Positions 1 through 8,638 of a stretch of DNA of 64,000 nt are shown here, piece after piece (position 1 is the first letter of the stretch; each line of letters begins with the position of its first letter). The stretch comes from an uncultured virus (IMG/VR IMGVR_UViG_3300021961_000027) (lineage: Duplodnaviria; Heunggongvirae; Uroviricota; Caudoviricetes): IMG/VR virus record IMGVR_UViG_3300021961_000027; one strand, 5' to 3'. A model generated the notes under the pieces. That model made no database searches. It was given only the letters and a program-made list of their open reading frames with translations, and was not told the origin of the DNA. The position numbers and the translations under genes are program-made.

Positions 1-37
1 ACGACAGCCATATTTTTAACACGCTGTGGAGAAGTAA

Positions 38-268
38 GTGATTTTCAAATATTACGGCGTTGACTGGATTATATTTATTTTAGTTGTAACACAATTATGG
101 CTACTTGGAAACAAAAAGAGACAAGCATTTTTATTCGGCATGGCTGGGAATAGTTGTGGAATTCTTCTTGGTTTCCTTGTTGAGAGCATAGCATGTATAA
201 TTATGAATTCTGTATTTGTGATTATGCATGTAAATGCATATCGGAAGTGGAAGCCTAAAGATGTTTAG
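38..268 (+). CDS. small membrane protein, PnuC/nicotinamide-riboside transporter-like half domain
   Basis: Three hydrophobic segments, D-W near the N-terminus, C-terminal YRKWK as in phage PnuC-like proteins. Confidence 0.5.
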   Translation: MIFKYYGVDWIIFILVVTQLWLLGNKKRQAFLFGMAGNSCGILLGFLVESIACIIMNSVFVIMHVNAYRKWKPKDV

Positions 269-491
269 AAACTATACATGTAGAAGCTCATATTCGGTTT
301 TTAATAGAAACCAAAGATGGGGAGCCGCATTTAGCACCCCAAATGAACATTGCAGCTTAGCTTTTGGCAGTAGGCGCAATAGAGTAAGTAGAAACTTAGG
401 ACAAGCTTGGAGCGAAGTATTTAATGCATGTGAATCAACAGTATGGACTGAATTCTTTTTCCACCAATTAAACACCTCGGAGTGGTGGTAA
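261..491 (+). CDS. Ser/Trp/Arg-rich microprotein (array family)
   Basis: ATG 261 overlaps the upstream stop; MFRNYTCRSS...NTSEWW; TAATG-coupled to next ORF. Confidence 0.65.
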   Translation: MFRNYTCRSSYSVFNRNQRWGAAFSTPNEHCSLAFGSRRNRVSRNLGQAWSEVFNACESTVWTEFFFHQLNTSEWW

Positions 492-673
492 TGAAATTGT
501 TTAATCCAATAGGTTCTTGCTTCGGCAATTTACAGGCTAGTGGCAACCTGTATTGTTTCTTCCACCACTTGATGCCTTATGCATATTTGTGGGGTAGTCG
601 TGCAGCCCGTAGTAGAAATGTTAGATATCAAGATTCAAAACCTTTTGGGTTTTTTCAAGCAGATTGGGTGTAA
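491..673 (+). CDS. Ser/Phe/Trp-rich microprotein (array family)
   Basis: TAATG overlap at 489-493; MKLFNPIGSCFG...FQADWV. Confidence 0.6.
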   Translation: MKLFNPIGSCFGNLQASGNLYCFFHHLMPYAYLWGSRAARSRNVRYQDSKPFGFFQADWV

Positions 674-674
674 A

Positions 675-971
675 ATGGAATACAAATACTGCATAATAAC
701 AAAAGACAACACCATGCGCCTTTTTTACAAAGGCGTAGAAATAGAGCATTTCAGAGCATGGGAAGCACGATATCCAGATTTTCATCATATTACATTCACA
801 GTTGATGGGGATTATGTGGAGTTCCACATTGACAAAGACCAAGTTTCAGAGCAAACTACTGAGGAGTTTTTGGTAGAACAGATTCTCCAAAAAGATGAAG
901 AAATAAAAGAGTTAAAAAAACAAAACAATATTTTAAGAATGATTGTTAATAAGAATCAGACTAATTCATAA
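675..971 (+). CDS. hypothetical protein with C-terminal coiled coil
   Basis: ATG 675 directly after the upstream stop; in frame with ORF 579..971. Confidence 0.65.
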   Translation: MEYKYCIITKDNTMRLFYKGVEIEHFRAWEARYPDFHHITFTVDGDYVEFHIDKDQVSEQTTEEFLVEQILQKDEEIKELKKQNNILRMIVNKNQTNS

Positions 972-980
972 ATATTAATT

Positions 981-1529
981 ATGATAAAAAAATTCTGGAA
1001 GTGGCTAGCAGATAAAGGTTTTGCCAACTGGTTTAAAGGCAGCAAAATTGTAGACGAAAATGGCGAACCAAAAATGGTTTATCATGGCACTCCAATCTCT
1101 AGCAAAATAAACAAATTCAAAATATCAACCGGGGGCACTATATCTTTTTCCTTCAATCCAACTTTTGCAGGATCATTTGGCAGAAAAGGCGGCAGTCAAA
1201 GTAATATTGTTGTGGCATATTTAAAAGTAATAAATCCCTTTGATTATCGTAAGCAAGAGCATAAAGAAATTTTACAAAAGTACTGGCAAAATCTTAAAAT
1301 GCCTTACATTAAAACCATGATGGAAGAACTTAATAAAGGATTATTTGCCGTCATTGCAGATCCAAAATTCTTGAAATCAAATGGATTTGATGGCTGCTAT
1401 ACAACAGAAGGCAACACTCTTAACATTGAAGTTTTAGATCCCAACCAAATATGGATAGTTGACCAAAAAGAATTTGACAGCGCCGAGTGGAAATCAAAAA
1501 TCGGCAACGAAATGCCATTTTATAAATAA
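981..1529 (+). CDS. ADP-ribosyltransferase-like protein (ART-PolyVal type)
   Basis: WFKGSKIVDENGEPKMVYHGT, SF...FA, YLKVINP, GFDG motifs; TAAATA at 969-974. Confidence 0.7.
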   Translation: MIKKFWKWLADKGFANWFKGSKIVDENGEPKMVYHGTPISSKINKFKISTGGTISFSFNPTFAGSFGRKGGSQSNIVVAYLKVINPFDYRKQEHKEILQKYWQNLKMPYIKTMMEELNKGLFAVIADPKFLKSNGFDGCYTTEGNTLNIEVLDPNQIWIVDQKEFDSAEWKSKIGNEMPFYK

Positions 1530-1581
1530 GCATTCGCCCTATAATGAGGGCGGTTAATTTAATTTTTTAAGGAGCTAAGAC

Positions 1582-1740
1582 ATGGATAAGTCGTATGAAG
1601 AGGAAGTTCTAGAATCGATTATTCGTCACATGTATACTCATCGCCATCTATCGAATTTAGGCTACGATAGCATGACCATGCAAATGCAAAATTTATTCAA
1701 CAATATTGTCTGTAAACCAATAGGTGATAGAAATGTCTGA
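1582..1740 (+). CDS. hypothetical protein (52 aa)
   Basis: AAGGAG RBS, open frame MDKSYEEEVLESII..., TATAAT upstream. Confidence 0.65.
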   Translation: MDKSYEEEVLESIIRHMYTHRHLSNLGYDSMTMQMQNLFNNIVCKPIGDRNV

Positions 1741-1888
1741 TTATTGGGATGGCTTCTGGACTGGTATTGCAATTGCTTTTTTTGGATCACAATTATATTT
1801 CTTGTATTTTGATGTATTAGGTTATGGATCTAGGAAGAGCAAAATATGCCATACAAAAGCAGAGTCAGAAGAGAAGAAGCGAGACTAG
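1733..1888 (+). CDS. small membrane protein
   Basis: MSDYWDGFWTGIAIAFFG..., overlaps upstream stop. Confidence 0.55.
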   Translation: MSDYWDGFWTGIAIAFFGSQLYFLYFDVLGYGSRKSKICHTKAESEEKKRD

Positions 1889-2016
1889 CTTGGCGTATTA
1901 AAAACAAAGAAAAGTTAAGAGAGCAAAGGAAAATATGGGAAGCAAATAATCAAGACAAAATTAAACAGTATAGAGAGAAAAGGAAAATAAAAAATGCTCT
2001 TTCTGAACGGTCATGA
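1846..2016 (+). CDS. basic helical protein resembling the N-terminal arm of HNH endonucleases
   Basis: MPYKSRVRREEARLAWRIKNKEKLREQ...NQDKIKQYR resembles the N-terminus of 16173..17135. Confidence 0.5.
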   Translation: MPYKSRVRREEARLAWRIKNKEKLREQRKIWEANNQDKIKQYREKRKIKNALSERS

Positions 2017-2188
2017 CTGTGCCATTTTCAGTTTAATATATTCTGGAAGTCATAATTGGAAAAATAATTGGTGCTTATGTGATACAAGGGCTATAACAGC
2101 AAGAGCAGCCTTGTCTTTTTCACATCATTGGTCTAAAAATATCACTTGCTCTCAGAGGAATGATTCCTTTTTGTGGGGGATAGACTAA
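1994..2188 (+). CDS. Ser/Trp/Cys-rich microprotein (array family)
   Basis: 64 aa, composition like the family, ends SFLWGID. Confidence 0.55.
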   Translation: MLFLNGHDCAIFSLIYSGSHNWKNNWCLCDTRAITARAALSFSHHWSKNITCSQRNDSFLWGID

Positions 2189-2222
2189 AGACTTTGATTG
2201 TGGCATTGTTCTTGGAGCAAAA

Positions 2223-2489
2223 ATGGAATTTTCAAACGAATATTCGAAATTGGTAATTACACCAAGATATGCTTCTAAGGTTGATTGCGTTAATTGCAAC
2301 GGTTCTGGAATTGTCGATAATCCAGATGCAATGGGATTGATGGACAAAAACATGAAATGTTTCTACTGTTGGGGGGATGGCAAAAGAGAAGTTGTGCCAG
2401 AAATTCCAATTCCCCCAGAGATGTGCCACAAGTTTTTGGAAGATTTGGAAAAGTGGTTTGAAAATTATAAGCGGTTGGAGCAAAAGTAA
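2223..2489 (+). CDS. DnaJ-type zinc-finger protein
   Basis: CVNCNGSG and CFYCWGDG (CxxCxGxG) motifs; GGAG RBS. Confidence 0.7.
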   Translation: MEFSNEYSKLVITPRYASKVDCVNCNGSGIVDNPDAMGLMDKNMKCFYCWGDGKREVVPEIPIPPEMCHKFLEDLEKWFENYKRLEQK

Positions 2490-2629
2490 TGATAAATAGT
2501 TTTTGTTGGTCTAGGTCTGGTTCTGGATCTATTTTCGAGTCTAGGCATAAGTCTGGGTCTTGGTTTGGGGATTGGTCTATTTCTCTGCTTCAGATCGGGC
2601 AGAAAATAATTTCTAGGTCTTGGAAATAG
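2489..2629 (+). CDS. Ser-alternating microprotein (array family), 46 aa
   Basis: TAATG-coupled; MINSFCWSRSGSGSIFESRHKSGSWFGDWSIS...SRSWK; TCT-NNN periodicity. Confidence 0.7.
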   Translation: MINSFCWSRSGSGSIFESRHKSGSWFGDWSISLLQIGQKIISRSWK

Positions 2630-2640
2630 GGGATAAACTA

Positions 2641-2829
2641 ATGTTCTACAAATTCGGTTCATCCAGACCATTCGGTTATCAAATTTGGTCACATCATGGA
2701 AGGCGTGGAGAGATATATGGACAAAATTTTAACAAAGGCTATGACAAGAATTTTTTCTTATTGAACAAAACTTCTGAATTTACAAATCGATGGGCTCATT
2801 ACAGTAAGTGCTGGGGCTGGAAAGATTAG
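2641..2829 (+). CDS. microprotein (array family)
   Basis: GGGG RBS; ends YSKCWGWKD. Confidence 0.65.
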   Translation: MFYKFGSSRPFGYQIWSHHGRRGEIYGQNFNKGYDKNFFLLNKTSEFTNRWAHYSKCWGWKD

Positions 2830-2903
2830 CTATTCAATTAGCCATTCATTTTTCTCAAATTTCGCTGGTTTTCAAGGCAAAAAGCTATTCAAGGAGCTAT
2901 TCA

Positions 2904-3143
2904 ATGAACGGCGAAATCGGTTTGGCAATATTGTTTTTCTTTTATTTGTCTGTGTCCGTAAATTTATGGCTTTTGTGGAACATGTTTACTGGTCACAGGG
3001 AAGTACATCAAAAAGTTGATGGTCAGATATTATATGTCCAAAATCAATTACTACGGAGAATTGATGCATTAGAAGAAAGATTGCATCAATTCACAGAACC
3101 CCAAGAAGGATTAGTGGAAACTGAAAAGGAGAAAGCACAATGA
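2904..3143 (+). CDS. membrane-anchored coiled-coil protein
   Basis: AAGGAG RBS, N-terminal TM helix then coiled coil. Confidence 0.7.
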   Translation: MNGEIGLAILFFFYLSVSVNLWLLWNMFTGHREVHQKVDGQILYVQNQLLRRIDALEERLHQFTEPQEGLVETEKEKAQ

Positions 3144-3310
3144 ATCTCAAACAATGCAGTCGTTCCAGAGTGGGCTGCTGGAATTTTAGCGTTTGGCGGT
3201 CTTCAAATTGGGCTAGAGCTTGGACACACAATTTGGAAGAAAACTATACGCAGTTTGGATGCTTTAGACACGCTTCTACAAGGTCTTTCAACTGGAATAG
3301 GGATATATGA
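3140..3310 (+). CDS. microprotein (array family), 56 aa
   Basis: ATGA overlap; MNLKQCSRSRVGCWNFSVWRSSNW...RSFNWNRDI. Confidence 0.7.
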   Translation: MNLKQCSRSRVGCWNFSVWRSSNWARAWTHNLEENYTQFGCFRHASTRSFNWNRDI

Positions 3311-3498
3311 TCCGCCGAATTCATAGCTGGAACTATTGTGAAACATTTTGGGTAGAGAGTTTCATTGGTTCCAAAATATTCCCATTTAATTTTCCGACAA
3401 GTTGGATTGGAAGGCAAGAGTGGGATTATAGCCAAGTATTCGGATTTATACAGAGTGCTATCAGTAACAGAAGTGAGTGTTGGAAAGGCAAAATTTAA
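3307..3498 (+). CDS. microprotein (array family)
   Basis: ATGA overlap; ends RSECWKGKI. Confidence 0.7.
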   Translation: MIRRIHSWNYCETFWVESFIGSKIFPFNFPTSWIGRQEWDYSQVFGFIQSAISNRSECWKGKI

Positions 3499-3662
3499 TG
3501 TTCATCCCATCGTATAAAACAACAGATTTAGCACATTGCTGGTCGGATAGCAGAGCTAGGTCTTTTTTCCAAAGAAAGTTTTATTCTAGTTCCTTTACAA
3601 GAAATATCTACTATCATGTGGATTATGAGGTTTTCTTTTGGAGCAAAGGGATACGCATATGA
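3498..3662 (+). CDS. microprotein (array family)
   Basis: TAATG overlap; HCWSDSRARS...FFWSKGIRI. Confidence 0.7.
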   Translation: MFIPSYKTTDLAHCWSDSRARSFFQRKFYSSSFTRNIYYHVDYEVFFWSKGIRI

Positions 3663-3862
3663 CTTTTCCCAAACCACAAGCAGTTTTTTATAGAGATTGC
3701 AGTCCTTTTGACTTGCATCGCTATAACATTACAGGATTGTTTGGACTATCTCTTTACGGGCAATATGTTCGCAAAAGCTTTTGGATCAGTATTGCTCATG
3801 GATTGGGTTTTGGCGGTAGGGAACATTGTTTTACTTTCAACAGATTCAATGTGAGGCGGTGA
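3659..3862 (+). CDS. microprotein (array family)
   Basis: ATGA overlap; MTFPKPQ...RFNVRR. Confidence 0.65.
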   Translation: MTFPKPQAVFYRDCSPFDLHRYNITGLFGLSLYGQYVRKSFWISIAHGLGFGGREHCFTFNRFNVRR

Positions 3863-4044
3863 TGACTCCAGTCCCAACCGTTGACCGAATGGACTTGAGA
3901 GTTTTTGGTACATTAGTGCCATTTTCCAGATTTCGATTCAATTGCTTTGTAAGTTATATTAACGGACAAGGAAAATCAAGGCATTGGCATAATCGCTCAA
4001 GAGACTTGCATTTCGTTTCAAGTTGTTGGGGGTTTAAAGGATGA
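3862..4044 (+). CDS. microprotein (array family)
   Basis: TGATG overlap; ends VSSCWGFKG. Confidence 0.7.
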   Translation: MTPVPTVDRMDLRVFGTLVPFSRFRFNCFVSYINGQGKSRHWHNRSRDLHFVSSCWGFKG

Positions 4045-4229
4045 TCCTTAAAACCTCATGTTGCGATACAAGCGGTTGTTTTCATATAAGACTTCCAAAG
4101 TCGTATAATTTTAGCAGCGGTATTGAATCATTTGTTTTTACTTTTCAGTTTATGAAATGTTGCTGCTGGAATAGAAACAAGGCAGGCACATTTTTTCATT
4201 CAACGGCTTTTGGGGAACAAGAATGGTAA
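4041..4229 (+). CDS. microprotein (array family)
   Basis: ATGA overlap; Cys/Ser/Phe-rich, KCCCWNR. Confidence 0.7.
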   Translation: MILKTSCCDTSGCFHIRLPKSYNFSSGIESFVFTFQFMKCCCWNRNKAGTFFHSTAFGEQEW

Positions 4230-4417
4230 TCAACACACTTCATAAAAACCCATCCAGCCTTGTGTGGCATACATTTCTTCCGTATTCAAAATTTTTCATG
4301 TTAGGCTATAGCAGACATTACAGCTTATCCAAAATATGGGGTAAATATCCTATTAGCTCTTCGTTATTATTTTTTTCTAATGACCACCGTAGCAGATGTT
4401 GGAATCATAACATATGA
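4223..4417 (+). CDS. microprotein (array family)
   Basis: ATGGTAA overlap; ends RSRCWNHNI. Confidence 0.7.
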   Translation: MVINTLHKNPSSLVWHTFLPYSKFFMLGYSRHYSLSKIWGKYPISSSLLFFSNDHRSRCWNHNI

Positions 4418-4566
4418 GAACCTTCCGCAAACAAACTGCCCCCAGACATATTTTAATATGGAAGCATTTCAGAAACAATTCTGATATGTTTAGAGGCATT
4501 TCCTACAGTATAACTTTTACAGTTGGATTAGCTTTTTCATTCAATTTTGTTGAGAGAAGGTTCTAA
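4414..4566 (+). CDS. microprotein (array family), 50 aa
   Basis: ATGA overlap; MRTFRKQTAPRHILIWKHFR...VERRF. Confidence 0.65.
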   Translation: MRTFRKQTAPRHILIWKHFRNNSDMFRGISYSITFTVGLAFSFNFVERRF

Positions 4567-4739
4567 TGTTCCGTTTTCCCTCACCTAGCACTATAGAACT
4601 CTGGCGTTTTAGCAATTACAGAAGCAGGAATTGGAGACAGAATAGAACTATATACATACAATGGACGCTTAGAGGTTGGCGAAACGATGCTTTTGAATCA
4701 AGCCAAACTTGCTCTTATAATTTTGAGGGAAGCATATGA
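4566..4739 (+). CDS. microprotein (array family), 57 aa
   Basis: TAATG overlap; MFRFPSPSTIELWRFSNYRSRNW...; ATGA-coupled to 4736. Confidence 0.7.
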   Translation: MFRFPSPSTIELWRFSNYRSRNWRQNRTIYIQWTLRGWRNDAFESSQTCSYNFEGSI

Positions 4740-5113
4740 AAACATTTAAAAAATTTTTGGAAAATAAAGAATTAAATTTGCCAGAATATTTGTATCATGC
4801 AACCTATAAACCTTATTTAGACAGCATAATGAAGCATGGGCTTGGTGGCTATCAACAGAAAAAAAATTATGAAGACTCAGAATCTGGTAAAGTTTATTTA
4901 GCCTTAGACCCTGAAGTAGCTAGAGCTTATGCAGAAACATCAGATGAAGTTCCAGAAGACTGGCTTGATAATATTGTAGTTTTGACTATTGATACCGGAA
5001 AGCTTGATAAAGAACTAATTGGCTCAGACCGAAATGTTCAAGATAATAATGGCGATACACTTGAGTATAAAGGTATTATTTCACCAAATGCAATAATTGG
5101 GAGTAGTATATGA
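4736..5113 (+). CDS. ADP-ribosyltransferase-fold protein (Tpt1/KptA-like)
   Basis: LYHAT...SIMKHGL, VYLA.DPEVA..YA, Y.G.I.P..I; N-terminal MKTFKKFLE. Confidence 0.65.
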   Translation: MKTFKKFLENKELNLPEYLYHATYKPYLDSIMKHGLGGYQQKKNYEDSESGKVYLALDPEVARAYAETSDEVPEDWLDNIVVLTIDTGKLDKELIGSDRNVQDNNGDTLEYKGIISPNAIIGSSI

Positions 5114-5544
5114 AAACATTTAAAAAATTTGTAGAGTATAAAGATAATTTATTTATCGAAGCTAAAAAGATGAATACTGATGAGATAGTCCGTAAAATAA
5201 AATCTCTAAATTTACCTTTCGGTGGAGGTTATTGTGGAAATACAGCGATAGAAATCAATCATAAAGTATTTGGTGGCAAAGGAAAATACATCGTTGCTGT
5301 TAATGAATTTCTTTTTGATTTTGAAAATGAGTTTGTTGGACATGTCGCAGTAAAATACAACAATCAACTATGGGATACAGACGGTCTGATTAGTATGGAT
5401 CATCTGGAATCATGGGGACAAGTCGATCCAACAGATTCAAATTATACAGGATATTTTGGTTGGACAGAACAAGATGCATACAAGGTAAAAATCATGGAAA
5501 TGACTGAAGACCAAATTAGAAAATATTTACCTTGTGATAATTAG
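5110..5544 (+). CDS. putative papain/transglutaminase-fold enzyme
   Basis: GGYC...HVAVKY...WDTDG gives a Cys-His-Asp order; N-terminal MKTFKKFVE. Confidence 0.5.
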   Translation: MKTFKKFVEYKDNLFIEAKKMNTDEIVRKIKSLNLPFGGGYCGNTAIEINHKVFGGKGKYIVAVNEFLFDFENEFVGHVAVKYNNQLWDTDGLISMDHLESWGQVDPTDSNYTGYFGWTEQDAYKVKIMEMTEDQIRKYLPCDN

Positions 5545-5558
5545 CAAGTGAGAGGATT

Positions 5559-5675
5559 ATGAAAACAAAACACAAATTGATTATTGCAGCATTAATTGTG
5601 GCTGGAACTTTAGCTTTCTTGTATTGGAAGTACAGCAACGATTTCTTTTCAGCCTTTTATACAATTGGGATTTAA
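5559..5675 (+). CDS. small membrane protein
   Basis: GAGG RBS, MKTKHKLIIAALIVAGTLAFLYW. Confidence 0.6.
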   Translation: MKTKHKLIIAALIVAGTLAFLYWKYSNDFFSAFYTIGI

Positions 5676-5676
5676 T

Positions 5677-5850
5677 ATGAACGAACATCATTTTAAAGTC
5701 CGATTTATTTACAAAATTGGTAAGGTTAAAGAAGAGCGATGGGGGACTGCTACAGTAATTGGTGGCACTCTTGAAGATGCCATAAAAGATGTAAAGGATG
5801 GGTATAAAAGGTTGGGGCAGAGGGTATTGGAAATCATTAACTATAGTTAA
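5677..5850 (+). CDS. hypothetical protein
   Basis: Open frame starting 1 nt after the upstream stop. Confidence 0.6.
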   Translation: MNEHHFKVRFIYKIGKVKEERWGTATVIGGTLEDAIKDVKDGYKRLGQRVLEIINYS

Positions 5851-5851
5851 A

Positions 5852-6670
5852 CTATTGCTGCTGTGTTAGATTAGGTTGTGGCTGTGCGTTTTGTTGCCCA
5901 GTTGGAACAGCCCAAGATACTCCCTTCAACCTTGGGAAGTGTCCCGCACCTAAAAATAATATACCACCATTAGCTTTAGCAAAATTAATAATTTGAATTT
6001 TTCTTTCTGTTTCTGCGGCATCCCCAAGTTTACTCAATGCATTTCCTTTTTGTTCCCACATATAATCTTCTGCTTGTAGAAGCCACTGTTTAAATTCGGC
6101 AGCTTTATTTTTAATACGAAACTTCTGCTGTTCAAATTGTGGAAATACTTGCCTTACAACATCAAATATTTGTTTTATTTCTGGTTCGCTTAGTTTTATA
6201 TTTACACCAGCCCTTGCGAAAGTGCCAGCACCATTTGCCAATGCACTTCTTAAGGCATCGCCTATCGTATTTGAATTTTTGAAATCTATCTTTGGCGAGT
6301 TTTTAGGCCAATTAGCTGCCACACTAGAAAACGTTGGTACACCAGCGTAAAATCCCGTCATCGTAACTCTATCATCGTAAGAACCGTTGTTTTTTGGGTT
6401 TGCAACACCAAGAACATTTTCACAATATGTTTTTTCAGGGCCATTGCCACCTCCTCTTTCTTCGCCTATGCCTTCATACCAATATCCATATTTTTCACAG
6501 ATATTTTTGGCATATTGTTTTGCCATGTCATCTGGTGGAGGTGTAATTTTTGTACTGCCAGCTTCTGCTCCATGTGCAGAAGGGATTATAACAGCATTGC
6601 CGACATAAGCAAAACCGTTTCCGGCTTGCTCAAAAAGATGCAACCACTCTTTAAAACTTATAGTTAACAT
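5852..6670 (-). CDS. hypothetical protein, possible TraB/GumN-like C-terminus
   Basis: 272 aa; ILFLGAGHF; N-terminal SFKEWL; TAAATA upstream. Confidence 0.6.
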   Translation of the reverse strand: MLTISFKEWLHLFEQAGNGFAYVGNAVIIPSAHGAEAGSTKITPPPDDMAKQYAKNICEKYGYWYEGIGEERGGGNGPEKTYCENVLGVANPKNNGSYDDRVTMTGFYAGVPTFSSVAANWPKNSPKIDFKNSNTIGDALRSALANGAGTFARAGVNIKLSEPEIKQIFDVVRQVFPQFEQQKFRIKNKAAEFKQWLLQAEDYMWEQKGNALSKLGDAAETERKIQIINFAKANGGILFLGAGHFPRLKGVSWAVPTGQQNAQPQPNLTQQQ

Positions 6671-6715
6671 AATTAATATTTACACCGCAATAAATATTTC
6701 TTATAAAGGCTTACA

Positions 6716-6895
6716 ATGCACATTTTCAATTTCCACAAATATGTCCTGAGTGACTTGAATGACTATCATTTTTCTGGTAATTTTGGCGACGAAGCATACA
6801 GCAATAGTTTCATCACAGTTTTAAATCCATTCTCAAGACCAACAGCGAGCAGGGTTTTTGGGCAAGAAGCAAACTCAATTATTGCGGTGTCTTGA
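6716..6895 (+). CDS. microprotein (array family), 59 aa
   Basis: MHIFNFHKY...SRVFGQEANSIIAVS; TGATG-coupled to next. Confidence 0.6.
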   Translation: MHIFNFHKYVLSDLNDYHFSGNFGDEAYSNSFITVLNPFSRPTASRVFGQEANSIIAVS

Positions 6896-7074
6896 TGCGA
6901 TTAAACATGCCTTTCCAAAAAAGCAGAGCATACCTTTTTTCTAGAAATGAGCAAATATCTTTCCACAATGCTCGTTGGGCTAGCAATCTGACTATTAATT
7001 TGGCTAGATCAGAATGTTTTTTTACTGGTAGTCAATCATCTTGGGGACACAGTGCAATTTTTGTGAGGTGGTGA
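6895..7074 (+). CDS. microprotein (array family)
   Basis: TGATG overlap; RSECFFTGSQSSWGHS. Confidence 0.65.
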   Translation: MRLNMPFQKSRAYLFSRNEQISFHNARWASNLTINLARSECFFTGSQSSWGHSAIFVRW

Positions 7075-7075
7075 A

Positions 7076-7222
7076 ATGGAAAATCGCATCAAAGCTTTCA
7101 GTCACTGGTGTGGCATCAGTAGTTTCATAAGAATGTATCCTAAATCGTGTTTTATAACTATTACATACTACTCAGGGGCATTTGGACAAGACAAGATTAA
7201 AAGTGAAATTTGGGGCGATTAA
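7076..7222 (+). CDS. microprotein (array family), 48 aa
   Basis: GAGGTG RBS; MENRIKAFSHWCGISS...KSEIWGD. Confidence 0.65.
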   Translation: MENRIKAFSHWCGISSFIRMYPKSCFITITYYSGAFGQDKIKSEIWGD

Positions 7223-7401
7223 TGAAAATATTTGATTTAACAGCTAAGCAAAAAATATTCGGTTCTGATTATAATTATTCTTTTCAATTTCAAAGAGAAA
7301 AATACAGATCTTCTGAGTTTGATTTTTTTGAATCTAGATTAAGAAAAGTTTATGCCAGATTGATCTTGAAAAATGCTTTTGGACCAGAAAAAAGATCTTG
7401 A
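7222..7401 (+). CDS. microprotein (probable array family)
   Basis: TAATG overlap; Phe/Ser/Arg-rich. Confidence 0.6.
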   Translation: MKIFDLTAKQKIFGSDYNYSFQFQREKYRSSEFDFFESRLRKVYARLILKNAFGPEKRS

Positions 7402-7425
7402 CAATCTCGTAGACTCTGATAAACT
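7398..7425 (+). promoter_or_regulatory. sigma70-type promoter
   Basis: TTGACA-N16-TAAACT. Confidence 0.6.
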
Positions 7426-7430
7426 ACATT

Positions 7431-7532
7431 CGTCGGTTTGTCCTAGTGGACAGATTGGCGATAGGATTCCGGGGGAAGCCTATCCGAGCAAACAAGAACC
7501 CCTTCCAGTGTTTGGTTGGGGTTCTTGTGTTT
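7431..7532 (+). ncRNA. candidate structured leader or small RNA (three hairpins)
   Basis: CGTCGGTTTGTCC/GGACAGATTGGCG, GATAGG/CCTATC and ACAAGAACCCC/GGGGTTCTTGT stems directly after the promoter. Confidence 0.45.
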
Positions 7533-7549
7533 AAAGAAAAGGATTTCTC

Positions 7550-8299
7550 ATGATAAAGAGAGGCACTGTAAGAGCCGATAAAAAAATATTTTGGGCTTAT
7601 AAAATTTCTAAAGGTAAAAAATATGAGATATGGCTTTCAAAAGAAAAATTCTCACAATATGAAACCAACAGGAAAAAATATACAAGTGAAAAGTTGAAAA
7701 AGTACAGAGAAGAACAATCAAAATTAGATCCTAAAGATAGAAATTGTTTGGGGAAATACAATGCAGAAAATGGATTGTATTATATTAGAATGAATTCTAA
7801 CGGAAAACCAAGATATGGAACTTTGGAACAAGTGGAAAAGTTTAGACTGACTAGAAAAACATATCAAAAAAAAAGATATGAAAAATTTCTAGAAACTATT
7901 CCGTTGCCAAATGTTTGCTTGGGAGACAAACATCCAACAGACCCCAATTTAATTGTTATTGAAATTAGAAACAATAGAGTTCGCTACGGTGCTCCAGAAG
8001 TACTTGAAAGAAGGAGAGCTAGAATCAAACTGTGTGGAGAACTATACAGAAAACAAAAAGGGAAAGAAATAGTACAAAAAGCAAGAGAAATAAGATATGC
8101 AAAAATGCAATATCTCAGAGAAAACCCCTCTCTAAGATTCAGAAGGGGAGATACAAACCCATTGACTGGATGGAAATTTTGGGGATATTCTTCATTAGGA
8201 AATGAAGTTTGGCTTCATCCAGAAGAATTTACTGTGCGTAGAGATATTTTTAATAAAAACAGATTAGAGCATTATTATAAGAAAAAAGCAAATAAATAG
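7550..8299 (+). CDS. basic putative DNA-binding protein with repeated module
   Basis: KRGTVRADKKIFWAY...EIWL and RRGDT...KFWGY...EVWL repeats. Confidence 0.6.
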   Translation: MIKRGTVRADKKIFWAYKISKGKKYEIWLSKEKFSQYETNRKKYTSEKLKKYREEQSKLDPKDRNCLGKYNAENGLYYIRMNSNGKPRYGTLEQVEKFRLTRKTYQKKRYEKFLETIPLPNVCLGDKHPTDPNLIVIEIRNNRVRYGAPEVLERRRARIKLCGELYRKQKGKEIVQKAREIRYAKMQYLRENPSLRFRRGDTNPLTGWKFWGYSSLGNEVWLHPEEFTVRRDIFNKNRLEHYYKKKANK

Positions 8300-8328
8300 G
8301 ATATAATTACAACTTGAGGAAATTTAGA

Positions 8329-8631
8329 ATGACAATATTTCTATATGTTTTATCTGTAATAAATATTTTATTTTCTATTATAAGTGCTATACCGTGCTTA
8401 ATGGCAGGAGGAATGAGCATGGACAGTCCTCAAGCACAAAAAGATCCAATTGCCATATTTTTGTGTTTGACAATTCTTACATTCCCAGTTGTTTGTTTTT
8501 TGTGTGGCATATCCTTGCCAATACTTGCTCATTTCAAGCAATATACATGGGGAATGATTTTAGGAGCTTGGCCAACTATTGAGGCTATTGCTGTGATTTT
8601 ATTTATGCTAATGATTGATACAGGGAGGTAG
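8329..8631 (+). CDS. membrane protein (3 TM)
   Basis: GAGG RBS, hydrophobic helices, MSMDSP motif. Confidence 0.7.
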   Translation: MTIFLYVLSVINILFSIISAIPCLMAGGMSMDSPQAQKDPIAIFLCLTILTFPVVCFLCGISLPILAHFKQYTWGMILGAWPTIEAIAVILFMLMIDTGR

Positions 8632-8638
8632 TCAACTT

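Noticed and set aside
2465..2692. Minus-strand Arg/Pro-rich ORF
   Set aside because: Antisense shadow of the Ser-alternating ORF 2489-2629
3140..4739. RiPP precursor array
   Set aside because: No shared leader peptide and no YcaO, lanthionine synthetase or adjacent radical SAM maturase; kept only as a remote possibility
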